A stretch of 64,000 nt of DNA, taken from contig NC_043004.1 in the NCBI RefSeq assembly GCF_006345805.1, positions 37,510,001-37,574,000 on the forward strand, given 5' to 3'. The notes below the pieces were generated by a model. It worked only from the letters and a program-made list of their open reading frames with translations. It did not search any database and was not told the DNA's origin. The translations under genes were made by a program, and so were the position numbers. This DNA is from Octopus sinensis. Its lineage: Eukaryota. Below are positions 1-12,329 of the stretch, piece after piece (the first letter of the stretch is position 1; each line of letters starts with the position of its first letter).

Positions 1-1590
1 CTGGCATTTGGAAAAAGAAGAAATGTCTATCAAGCATTGTGGAAAAATTGTTGCAGAACTTTGCCAGTCTCTATCTGAAGCATCAAGCTAATGGTGCTTC
101 CAGAACTGGATGTGTTAACTGTAACTTTCAATAATTTGTTCATAACATCATCAAAAGCTTTCAATATTGCTGAATTCAATGATATAGTTTCATTCTCTTT
201 TTTTTATTACATAGCAATTTGGTGAGAGGAAAAATAGTTTCTGTACAATATAGAAGTGAATAAGTCTAAGAAATTCTCAAAACTTCCTTAGTGAAGTAGT
301 GCCTGGAATATTACAAAAGCATAGACTTTCTCTCTTACTGGACAAATTACATCTTTATTTATGACATATCCCAAAAATGCAATGGAAGGGATGTCAAAAA
401 GACATTAGAGGTGTTAATTTATAAGACCATGCTGTGATAAATGAGTAAAAAGCTGTTCCAAATGAAGAAAATATTGCTCTTCTGTGGGGCTAGTAATTGA
501 TTAGTTATCAATGTAAACAAAAACAACATCTAGACCACAAAGAACTTCATCAATAAACATTTGGAAAGTGTCAACAGCATTGCAAAGGCCGAAAGACATT
601 CTAATAAACTCAAATAAGTCAAAAGGAGTAGTTATTGCTGTCTTGGGAATGTTGGCTGGTTCAATAGGAATTTGGCTATAGGCACATATTTGATCTTCAA
701 AAAGACTATACAACCATGTAAAGATGCAGAAAAATTGTGAATATGCAGGATAGGATATCTGTCTGATATAGTCAAAGCATTTAAATGCCTGTAGTCACTG
801 CAAGGGTGCCTATGTCCCTGAGAATGTTTTGAGACAAGAGGAAGTTACTGCTAGAAGGTTGAATTATATCAAGGTCCAACATATGACCGAACAACGCTTC
901 CTTAGCAATTTTAAGCTTGTCCGTGGTAAGGTGTCTGGAATGAGATGACATGGTGAGTAACCAAGTGCACTGGAGTCTGGTTATGGAACATAGTATGAGT
1001 AATGTTAAGAAATTCCTGAAGAATCTCATGGATACTGATGGAACAAAAAGATGTAGATTGATGGGAAAAGGCTTTGAATGCATACCTTGTGCTGATAACT
1101 CATTTCTGGTATCAATCAACTGCTTGAACCTTAAATCAAGTAGAAGACGAAAATGGTGTAAGAAGTCAGCTCTGAGTATAGAATATGGTAAGTCTGTGAT
1201 GATGAATATCCAGTTAAAATGTTGCCTTAGATTTAGGTCCAAAATAAAAGTCTTTTCTGTGTATGTAGGAACAGGTGAACGATAAGATATGAGAGAATTT
1301 ACAAACAAAAGGGTTTTATATTTAAATGTGAAAGAATAAAGGAAGTTTTTTGATATCTAAAATTTAACTGCTACTTCAGGCATACTGGAAAGGCAGCATA
1401 TAATGGGAAGTCATACATCCAGCTTGGTGGTAGGAAAGTCAGTGATACTTGAATGGAAAAAGCACCTTGCTTGCTGTTGTTGTGTCAGGTCTACCAAATA
1501 TGGCCGTAAGTTTTGCTGATGGTCTTGCTGTATTCTTTCGTCATTTTATGCTTGGGTGTCACCAATTGTAACATGGTCAGAAGAAGGCTG
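1..1590 (-). mobile_element. Degenerate Ty3/Gypsy LTR retrotransposon pol fragment (protease-RT region), truncated by the window start
   Basis: ORF 501-713 has Gypsy RT motifs (AYSQIP, KTAITTPFDLFEF, MSFGLCNA, VFVYIDN for YxDD). ORF 781-1308 has a retropepsin-like ILRADFLHHFRLLLDL. Downstream frames read EQLFTHLSQHGL and IAFLGYVI. Many stops and frameshifts. Confidence 0.85.
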
Positions 1591-1921
1591 CCTTATGTTT
1601 ATGAACATAATTTATTGTTACATTAATATAGGTGTCCATACAATATAAGCAAAGGAATATTCAAATGAAACAATGTAGATGACAAGTGTAGTAAGTCTTC
1701 ATCAGAAATTCCATATTTGGGCTAATTTTTACACATCAATAGTGTGTTTTCTTGTTTTCTTGTGCCAGGCTGAACATGTAGCTGTCAACAACAGCTGTTG
1801 ATTGGATCAAAACTGGGTTTGTATACATGATCAACTTGTGATTTCTATGTGACAAAACATGGGGTTGAATCAAACTGTTACAAGTGACAAAATACTTAAC
1901 TACTATTTTTTTATAAAACTA

Positions 1922-2318
1922 CTAGCAGTATCGCCCGGCGTTGCTCGGGTTTGTAAGGGAAATAACTATATAAGCATTTTTAGATATGTAAAGTATAATA
2001 GCCATCTCAATATGGCTAGCCACAAAGGGGGGGTGTTACTGTAGCTTTTTACGTTCTGAGATTTAATAGTACATTTTTAGAGAGTTACTTCCCTTATATA
2101 ATAGCAAAAAAAGTGCATTAAAAATGGGAAAAAATGATGGTAAATTTTTTTTTAAATCGTAGACTCATCATAGACGCGTGCTAATACCTAGAAGGGCTCG
2201 ATATGAATCACGACTATAAGATACCTGCTTTTGGTTACACTGCACCGCAAAATGTGGGAGTAGTTAGGAATCTAAATCATAGGAGACAGACACACAACTT
2301 CACTTTTATATATAAAGA
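1922..2318 (-). mobile_element. Non-autonomous Helitron (family N1), copy 1
   Basis: On - strand it starts TCTTTATATATAAAAGTGAAG and ends GCAACGCCGGGCGATACTGCTAG, sits between A and T with no TSD, and is homologous to 3038-3338, about 10040-10340 and 48588-49091. Confidence 0.85.
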
Positions 2319-2585
2319 TTTAAGTTTTGTTAACTGATGAAGCAGACTAAAGTTTGGTTATATTTTGATGACAAGTTCCAAAAAGATAGAAACATAACTG
2401 TCACCTTATTTTTTAGTAAATTACCAAACTCGCTGTTAATTAATATTTTAATAAAATCAGCTCTTAATTAATTGAAATTATCTCTTCTTTCTTCAAAACT
2501 TGCTAATAATTACAGATTAGTTTTTGTTTCCATTCTATAGCTAAAAGGTAAATTTAAATTCATAGACAATTTTTTCTGAACCATC

Positions 2586-2830
2586 CATCATCATCATCAC
2601 CACCATTTAATGTCTGTTGTCCATGTTGGCAAGGGTTGGACAGTTTGACCAAGGCTGGCAAGCTGAAGGGCTGCACCAGACTCCAGTTTGATTTGGCATG
2701 GTTGCTGTTGCTGGATGCCCATCTTAATGCCAACCACTTTGAGAGTGTAATAGGTGCTTTGATGTGCCACGAGCATGGATGTCAGTTATGTGACACCGGC
2801 ATCGCCACATAGCCTCCGTGAGGCCCAATG
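2586..2830 (-). mobile_element. RTE LINE 3' end fragment with (ATG)n tail
   Basis: catcatcat tail followed by tttaatgtctgttgtccatgttggc...; homologous to the 3' end of the RTE at 61758-64000. Confidence 0.75.
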
Positions 2831-3037
2831 GTCGAGCTTCTTTTTATTTCTTTAAGCTACTTACCATTGTATCTTTTAATTATTTTAGAAGAAAGATGCA
2901 AAGTATCTTAACTGAATCTACTAAATCATTCAGTTGTTTTCATTCATTTTTTATTCACTTCAAATGGCAATGACGTTGAAAGAAATAATTTTGGAAGGAT
3001 TCCTGCAAATTAACTTCTGGAAGAGATCCTTGGTAAA

Positions 3038-3338
3038 TCTTTATATATAAAAGTGAAGTTATGTGTCTGTCTCCTACGATTTAGATTCCTAACTACTCCC
3101 ACATTTTGTGGTGCAGTTTAACCAAAAATTACCATAATTTTTTCCCCATTTTTAATGCATTTTTTTGCTACTATATAAGGGAAGTAACTCTCTAAAAATG
3201 TATTATTAAATCTCAGAACGTAAAAAGCTACAGTAACACCCACCTTTGTGGCTAGCCATATTGAGATGGCTATTATACTTTACATCTCTAAAAATGCTTA
3301 TATAGTTATTTCCCTATATCGCCGGGCGATACTGCTAG
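3038..3338 (+). mobile_element. Non-autonomous Helitron N1, copy 2 (internally deleted)
   Basis: a|TCTTTATATATAAAAG ... TATCGCCGGGCGATACTGCTAG|t: 5' TC, 3' CTAG, subterminal hairpin, A^T target. Confidence 0.85.
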
Positions 3339-3583
3339 TATTATATATGCATGTATTCATGTGTGTGTGTGTGAGCGCGTGCGCGCACACACACACACGC
3401 ACACACACACATCCATCCACTCATGCACGCACACACACACACTCACACACACACAAACAATCACACACACTGACACAAATAATTTACATAGGTTAATTAA
3501 AAGGTTGAATGAAGTCTGGTACTCGGCCACCAAGTTACATACATATAGTGAGTGTGTGAATGGTCTGTTATTTTAATTAACAG

Positions 3584-3640
3584 AAATTATAAGCCCTTGA
3601 TTAAAAAACAAAAAAATTATAAGCCCTTGATTAAAAAACC
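3584..3640. repeat. Short tandem duplication (about 30-bp unit, 2 copies)
   Basis: aaattataagcccttgattaaaaaac occurs twice in tandem. Confidence 0.85.
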
Positions 3641-3969
3641 AAAAAAAAACCAAACTCTGATACTATGCTCTCCGCTGTATATAATATTACGAATAGAGAA
3701 GCTGTTGGATCTTTTCTTCCTGCTTGTTTACTTTATAACTTGATGTAAATCATTTGGCAACAACCATAGCAGAAGTTGTCCTCAAAGTTTTTTTGTTTTT
3801 TTTGAATATGTATCAATGCTACACTCTTTGTACGCTTTCCTTTTCTGATTTCTGTTTGTTATTGTTACAATACAGTAACAAATCATAAACGTGACATTTT
3901 ATCCCAGCACAACACTCATTAAAAAAAAAAGACAAAACAAAAACAAATGTTAATTGTAATTAAAAATTA

Positions 3970-4070
3970 ATTGTTGTTGTTCGCCTCTGTTCGGCATTTT
4001 CCGTGATTCGCCGTCCGCGCAATCGCATCGTAAACACTGGTCGTCGTCCCTTCCGTTTATTATTGCTTGA
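3970..4070 (+). promoter_or_regulatory. Locally CpG-rich unique segment, candidate cyclin D promoter/5' UTR start
   Basis: Cluster of CG dinucleotides (ttcgcc, ttcggc, gtccgcgcaatcgcatcg, gtcgtcgtc) in AT-rich DNA about 0.7 kb upstream of the ATG. TSS position is inference only. Confidence 0.3.
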
Positions 4071-4714
4071 TGGTTGCTGAAAAGATTTCTTTATTCATCT
4101 CTTTGAAAACTTTTCGTTGTTATTGAATTCATCGTTGGGCTGCTAATAACAAGAGTTCGGCCAGTTCTTCAAAGATCCCACTGATATATTCATGCATATT
4201 CAGACGTACTTTTAATTGCCACAGCAAAATATTAATTGGGTGGCTGTGTGTAATTAATTGTTCAGTGCTCTTCTGATATTAATTAAGCAGGTTAAAAGTA
4301 GGAAACTTTATAATCCAGTTTTTGACTTGCGATTATTTATTTTCGGAACTATGAAGAATAAAACTTTAAGAAATTATAAAGACTCATCACGGACACGAAG
4401 AAAACAGTTGTGTGACCACAGTTCTTGAAATCACTTAAAAGATTCAGTGATTGTACACAAATAAGGATTTCTCTCAAACAATCACATTTCGTTTTTTAAT
4501 AATTACAAACTTTTTATAACATTTTACGAACTCACCCTCACCTCACAACCTCCCCACAGTAACAAATCATACACCCAAACATTCATATATATATATATAT
4601 TTATATATATATATATATAAATATATATATATGTATATATACATGTGTGAATGAGGTGTCTACTTGATTCATAATTTTTCCTGGCCAAAAAAAAACGAGG
4701 ATCAAGAATTCAAA

Positions 4715-4909
4715 ATGGATCTAATATGTTGTGAAACTGATACACTAAGAAGAGCTTACGAAGATCCAAACCTAATTGATGATGACCGTGTTTTACAGAA
4801 TCTCCTCAGCACCGAAGAAAGATATCAGCCATCAGCAAACTACTTTACATGTGTTCAGGACGACTTAAAGCCACACATGAGAGTCATGGTAGCCCAATGG
4901 ATGTTGGAG
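4715..4909 (+). CDS. CCND: Cyclin D coding exon 1, copy A (65 aa, MDLICCET...AQWMLE)
   Basis: LxCxE motif (LICCE), [19 protein letters not shown] closely match vertebrate cyclin D N-termini; phase-0 donor GAG|gtataa at 4910. Confidence 0.9.
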
Positions 4910-5057
4910 GTATAATAACCTTTTGTTAATAACGCTAATCTTATATGTAATAGACATATTGCTTATTCCATCCTATGTATTATATATATATGTATATATA
5001 TATATGTATGTATGTATATATATGTATATATGTATATATATATATAATATATATATG

Positions 5058-5092
<35 letters not shown>

Positions 5093-5124
5093 GTATATAT
5101 ATATTATGTATGTATATATATATG

Positions 5125-5164
<40 letters not shown>

Positions 5165-5301
5165 TGTATATATATATGTATATATATATATGTATGTATA
5201 TATGTATATATATATATATGTATATATACATGTGTGAATGAGGTGTCTACTTGATTCATAATTTTTCCTGGCCAAAAAAAAACGAGGATCAAGAATTCAA
5301 A

Positions 5302-5496
5302 ATGGATCTAATATGTTGTGAAACTGATACACTAAGAAGAGCTTACGAAGATCCAAACCTAATTGATGATGACCGTGTTTTACAGAATCTCCTCAGCACC
5401 GAAGAAAGATATCAGCCATCAGCAAACTACTTTACATGTGTTCAGGACGACTTAAAGCCACACATGAGAGTCATGGTAGCCCAATGGATGTTGGAG
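5302..5496 (+). CDS. CCND: Cyclin D coding exon 1, copy B (identical to copy A)
   Basis: Same sequence as 4715-4909 at offset +587, including 5' flank and donor. Confidence 0.85.
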
Positions 5497-5615
5497 GTAT
5501 AATAACCTTTTGTTAATAACGCTAATCTTATATGTAATAGACATATTGCTTATTCCATCCTATGTATTATATATATATGTATATATATATATATGTATGT
5601 ATGTATATATATGTA

Positions 5616-5648
<33 letters not shown>

Positions 5649-5651
5649 TAT

Positions 5652-5689
<38 letters not shown>

Positions 5690-5722
5690 GTATATATATA
5701 TATATGTATGTATATATATATG

Positions 5723-5762
<40 letters not shown>

Positions 5763-6317
5763 TGTATATATATGTATATATATATATATATTATGTATGT
5801 ATGTATATATGTATATATATATATGTATGTATGTATATATGCATGTATATATATATATGTATGTATATATGCATGTATATATATATATTGTAATATCTGT
5901 AAGTTGATGATCGAAATGAATTTGTTCCTCCATTTTCTTATTTATATATGTATGTGTATATATATATGTATGTATGTGTATATATATGTATGTATGTGTA
6001 TATATATATGTATGTATAAATATGTATGTATAAATATATATGTATGTATATATATATTTATATATATATATATATATATATATGAATGATTATTATGTAT
6101 TATATATGATGTATTATACATTATTATGTATGTTATACAATATCTATGCCTTACAAAATTATGATATAATTTATATATATATTTCATATAAAATATATAT
6201 TTGGTGTGTGCGTATACAGATATGTATATATTTCCATATATGTGTATGTATACATGCGTGCGTGTATGTATGTATGTATATATATATATATATCATATAT
6301 AACACAATTTATGTGGA

Positions 6318-6605
6318 TGGGTGTAGGTATGGCTTTGTGGTTAAAACGTTCGCTTCGCAACCACGTGGTTTCGGGCTCGGTCCCATTGCATGGCAGCTTG
6401 AGTAACTATTTCTACTTTAGATCCGGGTCGACCAATGACTTTCGAGTGAATTTTGAAAACAGAAAGTGCCTGGAAGATAATTTTATATGTGTGTGCACGC
6501 GCACGCACGCATCTGTTTCATCGCTTGACCACCAGTAATAATTTCTTTAGACATGATGACTTAGCGGTGTCGCCACAAGAAACCGATAGAATATGTTCCA
6601 GACAG
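6318..6605 (+). mobile_element. Diverged tRNA-derived SINE
   Basis: A/B-box-like head (ggctttgtggttaaaacg...gtttcgggctcggtccc) and body similar to the SINE at 16437-16821. Confidence 0.6.
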
Positions 6606-7899
6606 GGAGTCCCCCCCTCTCTCCATACACACACCTACACATATAGTGTCATCTAAGAATCCATTTGTCAATATATATATATGTCAATAGAGTGGATGTA
6701 CTAATCAAATTATATTGTAGATCCATTTCAACCTAACTTACCAAACGATTCTGCACTGGGTATTAGATAACAGCGTGATTATCTAAATGTATAAGGTATT
6801 CAGAGATGACAGGTTATATATATATTTAGTTTGCTTTTCCATTGAGGTAAGATAAAAAAAAAATACTCTATCTAGTGAGAGGTATTGTTTAATGTACATA
6901 ATATATAATTATGAGCTACTGATAGTTTCATACATTGAAGATGTTATCTAGGCAGATTTTAAAATATGCCTAGTGCCTTCAAGTAATCTCTGGGCTCTGA
7001 GCACATGGTCTTTACAAGTTACTAATCAGGACAGAACAAGAGTAATCTAAAAAATGAGATGAAGGTGGTAGAGTGAAAAAAGGGAAAAAGAAGAAAGAGA
7101 AATTAGTGTTCAGTTCCCTTTGACCGTAGAATCATAAGGCTCGAATCAATGGAAGGGGTCTAAAATCTGCGACACAGCTGCTCAATCTAGAGAGTGGCTT
7201 TTCTCTAATTTGCCAAAAGAAACTTCTCCATATGTTTGTAATTGATGAAAATTTCTGATCTGGAATCCAGCAGTGCAGTTCAATTCTTGGATCTAAAAAG
7301 GATATGCGATCATTCAGTTGCACATACTAGCATTTTTTTGATCCATTAGTATATGACATTGATTCTTCTGTTGTTTTCCCCTTGATTGTACGTGACATAG
7401 AGTTGGTCTTCAAACCCCATATGTTGCTAGCCAATTTAGTGGCTTTACTTTTGTCCATGAGTTAGACGATAGGTGGTTAGCTATTTTAAGATCTAAAAAT
7501 TCCACTATGCTGCAGAATTCCAGATAAGAAATTTTCAGCAAATGCAAACATATGGACAAATTTCTTTTGGCAAATTGGAGAACACCACTCTCTCTGGATT
7601 GAGCAGACCTCCTATTGATTCTACACCATCTAGCTTTATGACTACATTCAAAGACGACATAATTCAAATTTTTTAAGTGAGAGATGGAGAGAGGGAGAGA
7701 ATTTAGTGGCTCAGGGATGGATGTGATCAATGTAAAATGTGGTTGGAGATGACAGTATAAGGATAAAGGATGGATATCAGGTGTAATTGTTTCATGTAGT
7801 GTGACAGATTAGTGGTATCAAGGAAAACTGTAAATAGAGAGATGATGAGTGGTGAGGATATCTTGAAATTGGGTGAGGTACTCTGCTGTGCATATATAC

Positions 7900-8470
7900 C
7901 ATCATCATATGTCTGTTTTCCATTCGGGCATATACATACATAATACTGCCTGATGTTTCACTGGTTTAAGTGGGTCTTCTCAGGAACTGTGTATTGCCTA
8001 TCAACCTAGTCCTTTGTCATCTATGTGAGGTTCAAGGTCCTGAGATCAGCAGTCAGTTCTATATCTTCCTGGGTCTCTCCCTCTTCCACAAACTCCATCC
8101 ACCTTAAATGATTACCATTTCTTTATGCAGCTACCCTTGTCCATATTCACTGCATGTCCATACCAGTGCAATTTTCTTTCTTGCATACACTATATGATTC
8201 TGCTTGTGCTCAGTTTTTCTTTCAGCATGTTTATTCTACATTGCACATCTAATGAAACATGCTTGCTTCATTTCTTTCCCTTATTTTCAAGTCCCATGTT
8301 TCACTACCATGTAACACTCTGCTCTTCACTTTGAAGAAGATCATCTCTATTGTTAGCAGCAGAGTTTCTCCAACTCATCCATCACTGTAACTGCTATACA
8401 TTCAGAGCCATAACCTCCCTTGTTATTTATATCTTCTAAATAACAAAAACTATCAACTACTTCTAGTGTG
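7900..8470 (-). mobile_element. Degenerate RTE LINE fragments
   Basis: catcatcat tail and ccatattcactgcatgtccataccagtgca, homologous to the RTE 3' coding end. Confidence 0.5.
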
Positions 8471-8712
8471 CCATCTGGGCATTTAAACTGGCCGTATCAG
8501 GTCCAGATATTCTGGTTTATATTCAAACCAACTAGATCTGGCTTCTCACACATACTTAACATTGTCATTCTAAAAATAAACAATAATCTCCTGGTGATCT
8601 GATGAGTTAGCCTTCTAAATTTGCATTAATTTGTGGATATACAATAAAAGCATATAATGCTGAGCATACATATTAATACAATCATGTATGCACAATTTCT
8701 TCCACATTGAAA

Positions 8713-9062
8713 TCTATTTCTATATATATAAACGGCAAAATGTCTGTGTGTGTGTGTGTGTGTGTGTGCATGCCCTTTATACAAATTCACAATTTTTCAG
8801 TTAGAGAGCTTGCACTTTCTATGGTCATTCAAAATCGTCCAAGGGTGGTCGTGCACATCTTTACATTTCCCCAGTCACCCCGCAAAGCCATTAAAAAATC
8901 AATAGAAGTGACTTTTTTGTGAATTTTCTATCCAAAACCCAATCAAAATGCCCGAAACTTGATACGCCAATTGAATGCCAGCTACTGTATGTGATTGGTC
9001 GGAGATTTGGACAGTACTCGCATGTATGTGCACACGCACGCAGCTGTATATGCATGCACTAG
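8713..9062 (+). mobile_element. Non-autonomous Helitron-like element (second family)
   Basis: Starts a|TCTATTTCTATATATATAAACGGC with an internal (TG)n; a CTAG|t at 9059-9062 may be the 3' end. Hairpin is weak. Confidence 0.5.
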
Positions 9063-9286
9063 TACTATATAAAAAAGGTTACAAAACACCCCTACTCCCA
9101 AGGATATCATGTGGTGAAATATCTATTTACTTCACACACCTCCTGACTTAATGCTTTATATATTCCACATGAAATTTCAATTGGCTCTTCTGGATTTCTG
9201 TAAGATGGACATGCTTCATCACGTTTGTATTGGATTACTATATTACTATACATGTACACACAGACAGACACATATATGTGTATATC

Positions 9287-9993
9287 ATCATCATTATTGT
9301 TTAACGTCCGTTTTCCATGCTGGCATGGGTTGGACGGTGTGACTGGGGACTGGCAAGCCACCAATCTGCACCAGGCTCCAATCTGACCTGGCAATGTTTT
9401 TTGCTGCTGGATGACCTTCCTAATGCCAACCACTTTAGTGCTTTTTATGTGCCACCGGCATGGGAGCCTGTCAGGCAGCACTGGTATCTGCTACATTCGG
9501 ATGGTGCTTTTTACGTGCTACCAGCACAGGAGCCAGTTGGGATGGGGGTGGGGCTGGCATCAACCATGTTTGGATGATGCTTTTTATGTACCACTGGCAC
9601 GGGAAGCCAGTCAGGCGGTACTCACTACGACCCATGCATGAATGGTTCTTATTGTGTGCCACCAGCATCAGATCCAGTCAGGCAGCAAAGTGGCTGAGCT
9701 CCTTTTTTCCAGTGTTGGGCCTCACGGAGGCAATGACCAAGACCTTTGGCATTATGTCGTGCTTGAGAAGAAGACCCACCAAGCTGAGCAAAATTGCAGT
9801 TGTGGCAGATACCGGTGTCATGCAAATGGCACCCATGCAGGTGGCACATAAAAGCACCCATTACACTCTCGGAGTGGTTGGCATTAGGAAGGGCATCCAA
9901 CCATAGAAAACCATGCCAAATCAGACTGGATCCTAGTGCAACCTTCTAGCCTCCAACCCATGCCAGCAGGGACAATGTACATTACATGATGAT
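9287..9993. mobile_element. Two RTE 3'-end fragments in inverted orientation (- about 9287-9690; + about 9712-9993)
   Basis: (CAT)n tail at left and (ATG)n tail at right; the + copy encodes the RTE C-terminus LGLTEAMTK; about 65-70-bp internal repeat units. Confidence 0.75.
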
Positions 9994-10039
9994 GATATGT
10001 ATATATTTGTGTGTGTGTATATATATATATATATTTATA

Positions 10040-10340
10040 TAATATATAAAAGTGAAGTTGTGTGAGAGTCTGTCTACTCTGATTTAGATTCCTAACTACT
10101 CCCACATTTTGCGGTGCAGTTTAACCAAAAGCGGGTATCTTATAGTTGTGATTCATATTGAGCCCTTCTGGGTATTAACGCGCGTCTACGATGAGTCTAC
10201 GATTTAAAAAAAAATTTACCATCATTTTTTCGCATTTTTAATGCATTTTTGCTCGGTTTATATAAGAGAAGTAACTCTCTAAAAATGCTTATATAGTTAT
10301 TTCCCTTACAAACCCGAGCAACGCCGGGCGATACTGCTAG
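10040..10340 (+). mobile_element. Non-autonomous Helitron N1, copy 3
   Basis: ATATAAAAGTGAAG...CCCGAGCAACGCCGGGCGATACTGCTAG|t; the 5' TC is lost in flanking (TA)n. Confidence 0.8.
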
Positions 10341-10441
10341 TATATATATATATGTATATATATGTTCCCTCTACCATTGGATTATGTCACCTTATTTGGA
10401 GTACATTTCTGTACTTTTGATTATGTGTGTATGTATATGTA

Positions 10442-10482
<41 letters not shown>

Positions 10483-10939
10483 TTAAATAATAAGGGTAAA
10501 AAAAATTGATATTACTTTGAATAATATCAATTTAAACCATTAGCCTAGCATATTGAAAAAATCTGAAGGTTCAGAAAATTATATTACATATAAGAGAAGT
10601 GACCACTAGATGGACTCTTAATATGCTAAATGTAGACCTCATATGGTCTGACCACTAAGAAAAAATTGCTCTCAAGAAAATTTGGCAAACACCAGAACGT
10701 AAGGCGAGGAAGGCAAATGAAAAGATACAAAATATAATGATTAGTCAAATACCAGGTTTCATTGTTACCATTTACATATGTAAATGTCTGCAAATCATCA
10801 GTGCGACCATCATAGTAAATATAATTTGCAGAACTATACACGAGACGTCCTCACGAGAGAGAACATGCATACAATTCTATCAATTATATTTAGGGGTATA
10901 TTTCAAATGTCTTTGTTTTGGCGCGCCTAAGCTGGAAAT

Positions 10940-11790
10940 GACTCTGGCATGGGTTGGACATTTGACTAGAGCTGGAATGCTGCACCAGGCTTCAGTCTGA
11001 TCTGGCAAGGTTTCTACAGCTAGATGCCCTTCCTAACACCAACCACTCCAAGGGTGTAGTGGGTGCTTTTTACATGCCACCGGTATGGGAGCCAGTTGGC
11101 GGGCACTGGCATCTACCACATTCGGATAGCACTTTTTATGTGCTGCTGGCATGGGAGCCAGTCAGCAGGCACTGGCATTGACCATGTTTGGATGGTGCTT
11201 TTTACATGCCACCAGCATGGGAGCCAGTCAGATGGAACTGACATTGACCACATTCACATGGTGCTTTTTACATGCCACTGGTATGGGGAACCAGTCAGGT
11301 GGCACTAGCATTCACCCATGCTCGAATGGTGCTTAGGCAGCAATGGCCACAACTACAATTTTGATTTTACTTGACTCAACAGGTTTTCACAAGCACATCA
11401 TATTGTCTGATGATTCAAGGGTATTTTTAAATGGGCCGGTTATGCAACACTGGCATTGGCCACGACTGTGATCTCACTTTACTTGCTGGGACTTCTCAAT
11501 TACAGCACATCTCCAAAGGTCTTGGTGTCTTGTCATTGCCCCTGTGAGACCCAACGTTCGAAGGTCATGCTTTACCACCTCATCCCATGCCTTCCAGGGT
11601 CTACCTCTTTCTCTGGTTCCTTCCACTCTTAGTGTGTGACACTTCTTCATACTGCTGTCCTCATCCATACACAACACATAACCATACCAGTGCAGTCGTC
11701 TCTCTTGCACACCACATCTGATCCTTCTTATGTCCCACTTTTCTTTCAGGATGCTTTCACATCCAGCAGATCATACTAGCTTCATTACAG
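10940..11790 (-). mobile_element. 5'-truncated RTE LINE
   Basis: ORF 11474-11710 (QERRLHWYGYVLCMDED...RGRPWKAWDEVVKHDL) matches ORF 62317-62841, followed by the 3' UTR repeat. Confidence 0.85.
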
Positions 11791-11939
11791 CGTTCCCTCT
11801 GCTGTAATGGCCCCTATTTTATTGCTGTATAGCATGGCATTTCACACAAATGCATCATACAGTCTACCTTTTACTCTGAGCGAGAGGCCCTTTGTTGCCA
11901 GGAGAAGTAGGATCTTTCTGAACTTTGCCCATACATGTG

Positions 11940-11974
<35 letters not shown>

Positions 11975-11979
11975 ATGTA

Positions 11980-12121
11980 TATTGAAAGATGCGGATACCG
12001 AAAAAATTTTATTATCAGATGAGGATAATGCTAGTAATATAGCATGAACAGGTTAAACTATATTATTAGCATTATCCTGCATTTGAGAATAAAATTATTT
12101 CCTTATCTGTATCTTTCAATA
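11980..12121. repeat. Imperfect fold-back palindrome (about 63-bp arms, 15-nt loop)
   Basis: tattgaaagatgcggata...gaggataatgctagtaatatag / ctatattattagcattatcctg...tatctgtatctttcaata are reverse complements with few mismatches. Confidence 0.85.
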
Positions 12122-12329
12122 CATCTCAATGCTTCTGAGGCAAACTTTGTTTGTTGACTTTCAATGTAAGTTGAATTTAATGTATGTATGTTTACATATA
12201 TATATTTAATGTGTGTGTATATATATGTATCATCGTCGTTTAATGTCTGCTTTCTATGCTGGCATGGATTGGACGGTTTGACTGAGGGAAGGCAAGCCAG
12301 GAGGCCTTGGCAAAGTCAAGGTATATCAC

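Larger units (their letters stand above)
4580..6300. repeat. Compound (TA)n/(TATG)n microsatellite arrays surrounding both exon-1 copies
   Basis: Directly visible at about 4585-4640, 4980-5228, 5567-5888 and 5942-6300. Confidence 0.95.

Noticed and set aside
4664-4714. 17-aa N-terminal extension of cyclin D in the ORF track
   Set aside because: It starts at TTG; homology begins at the ATG at 4715.
4923-6405. Many long IYIY/YMY ORFs (also at 57009-57358, 60573-60898, 61632-61916)
   Set aside because: Translations of (TA)n/(TATG)n microsatellites; stop-free by composition.
6950-7750. ORFs 7132-7323 and 7410-7730, and a similar stretch at 52760-53350
   Set aside because: Probably very old L1/Tx1-like LINE 3' remnants, but no diagnostic motif I can support; not host exons.
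9420-11330. Regularly spaced repeats resembling a CRISPR array
   Set aside because: The units lie inside RTE 3' UTRs, the 'spacers' are homologous to each other, the context is eukaryotic and there are no cas genes.
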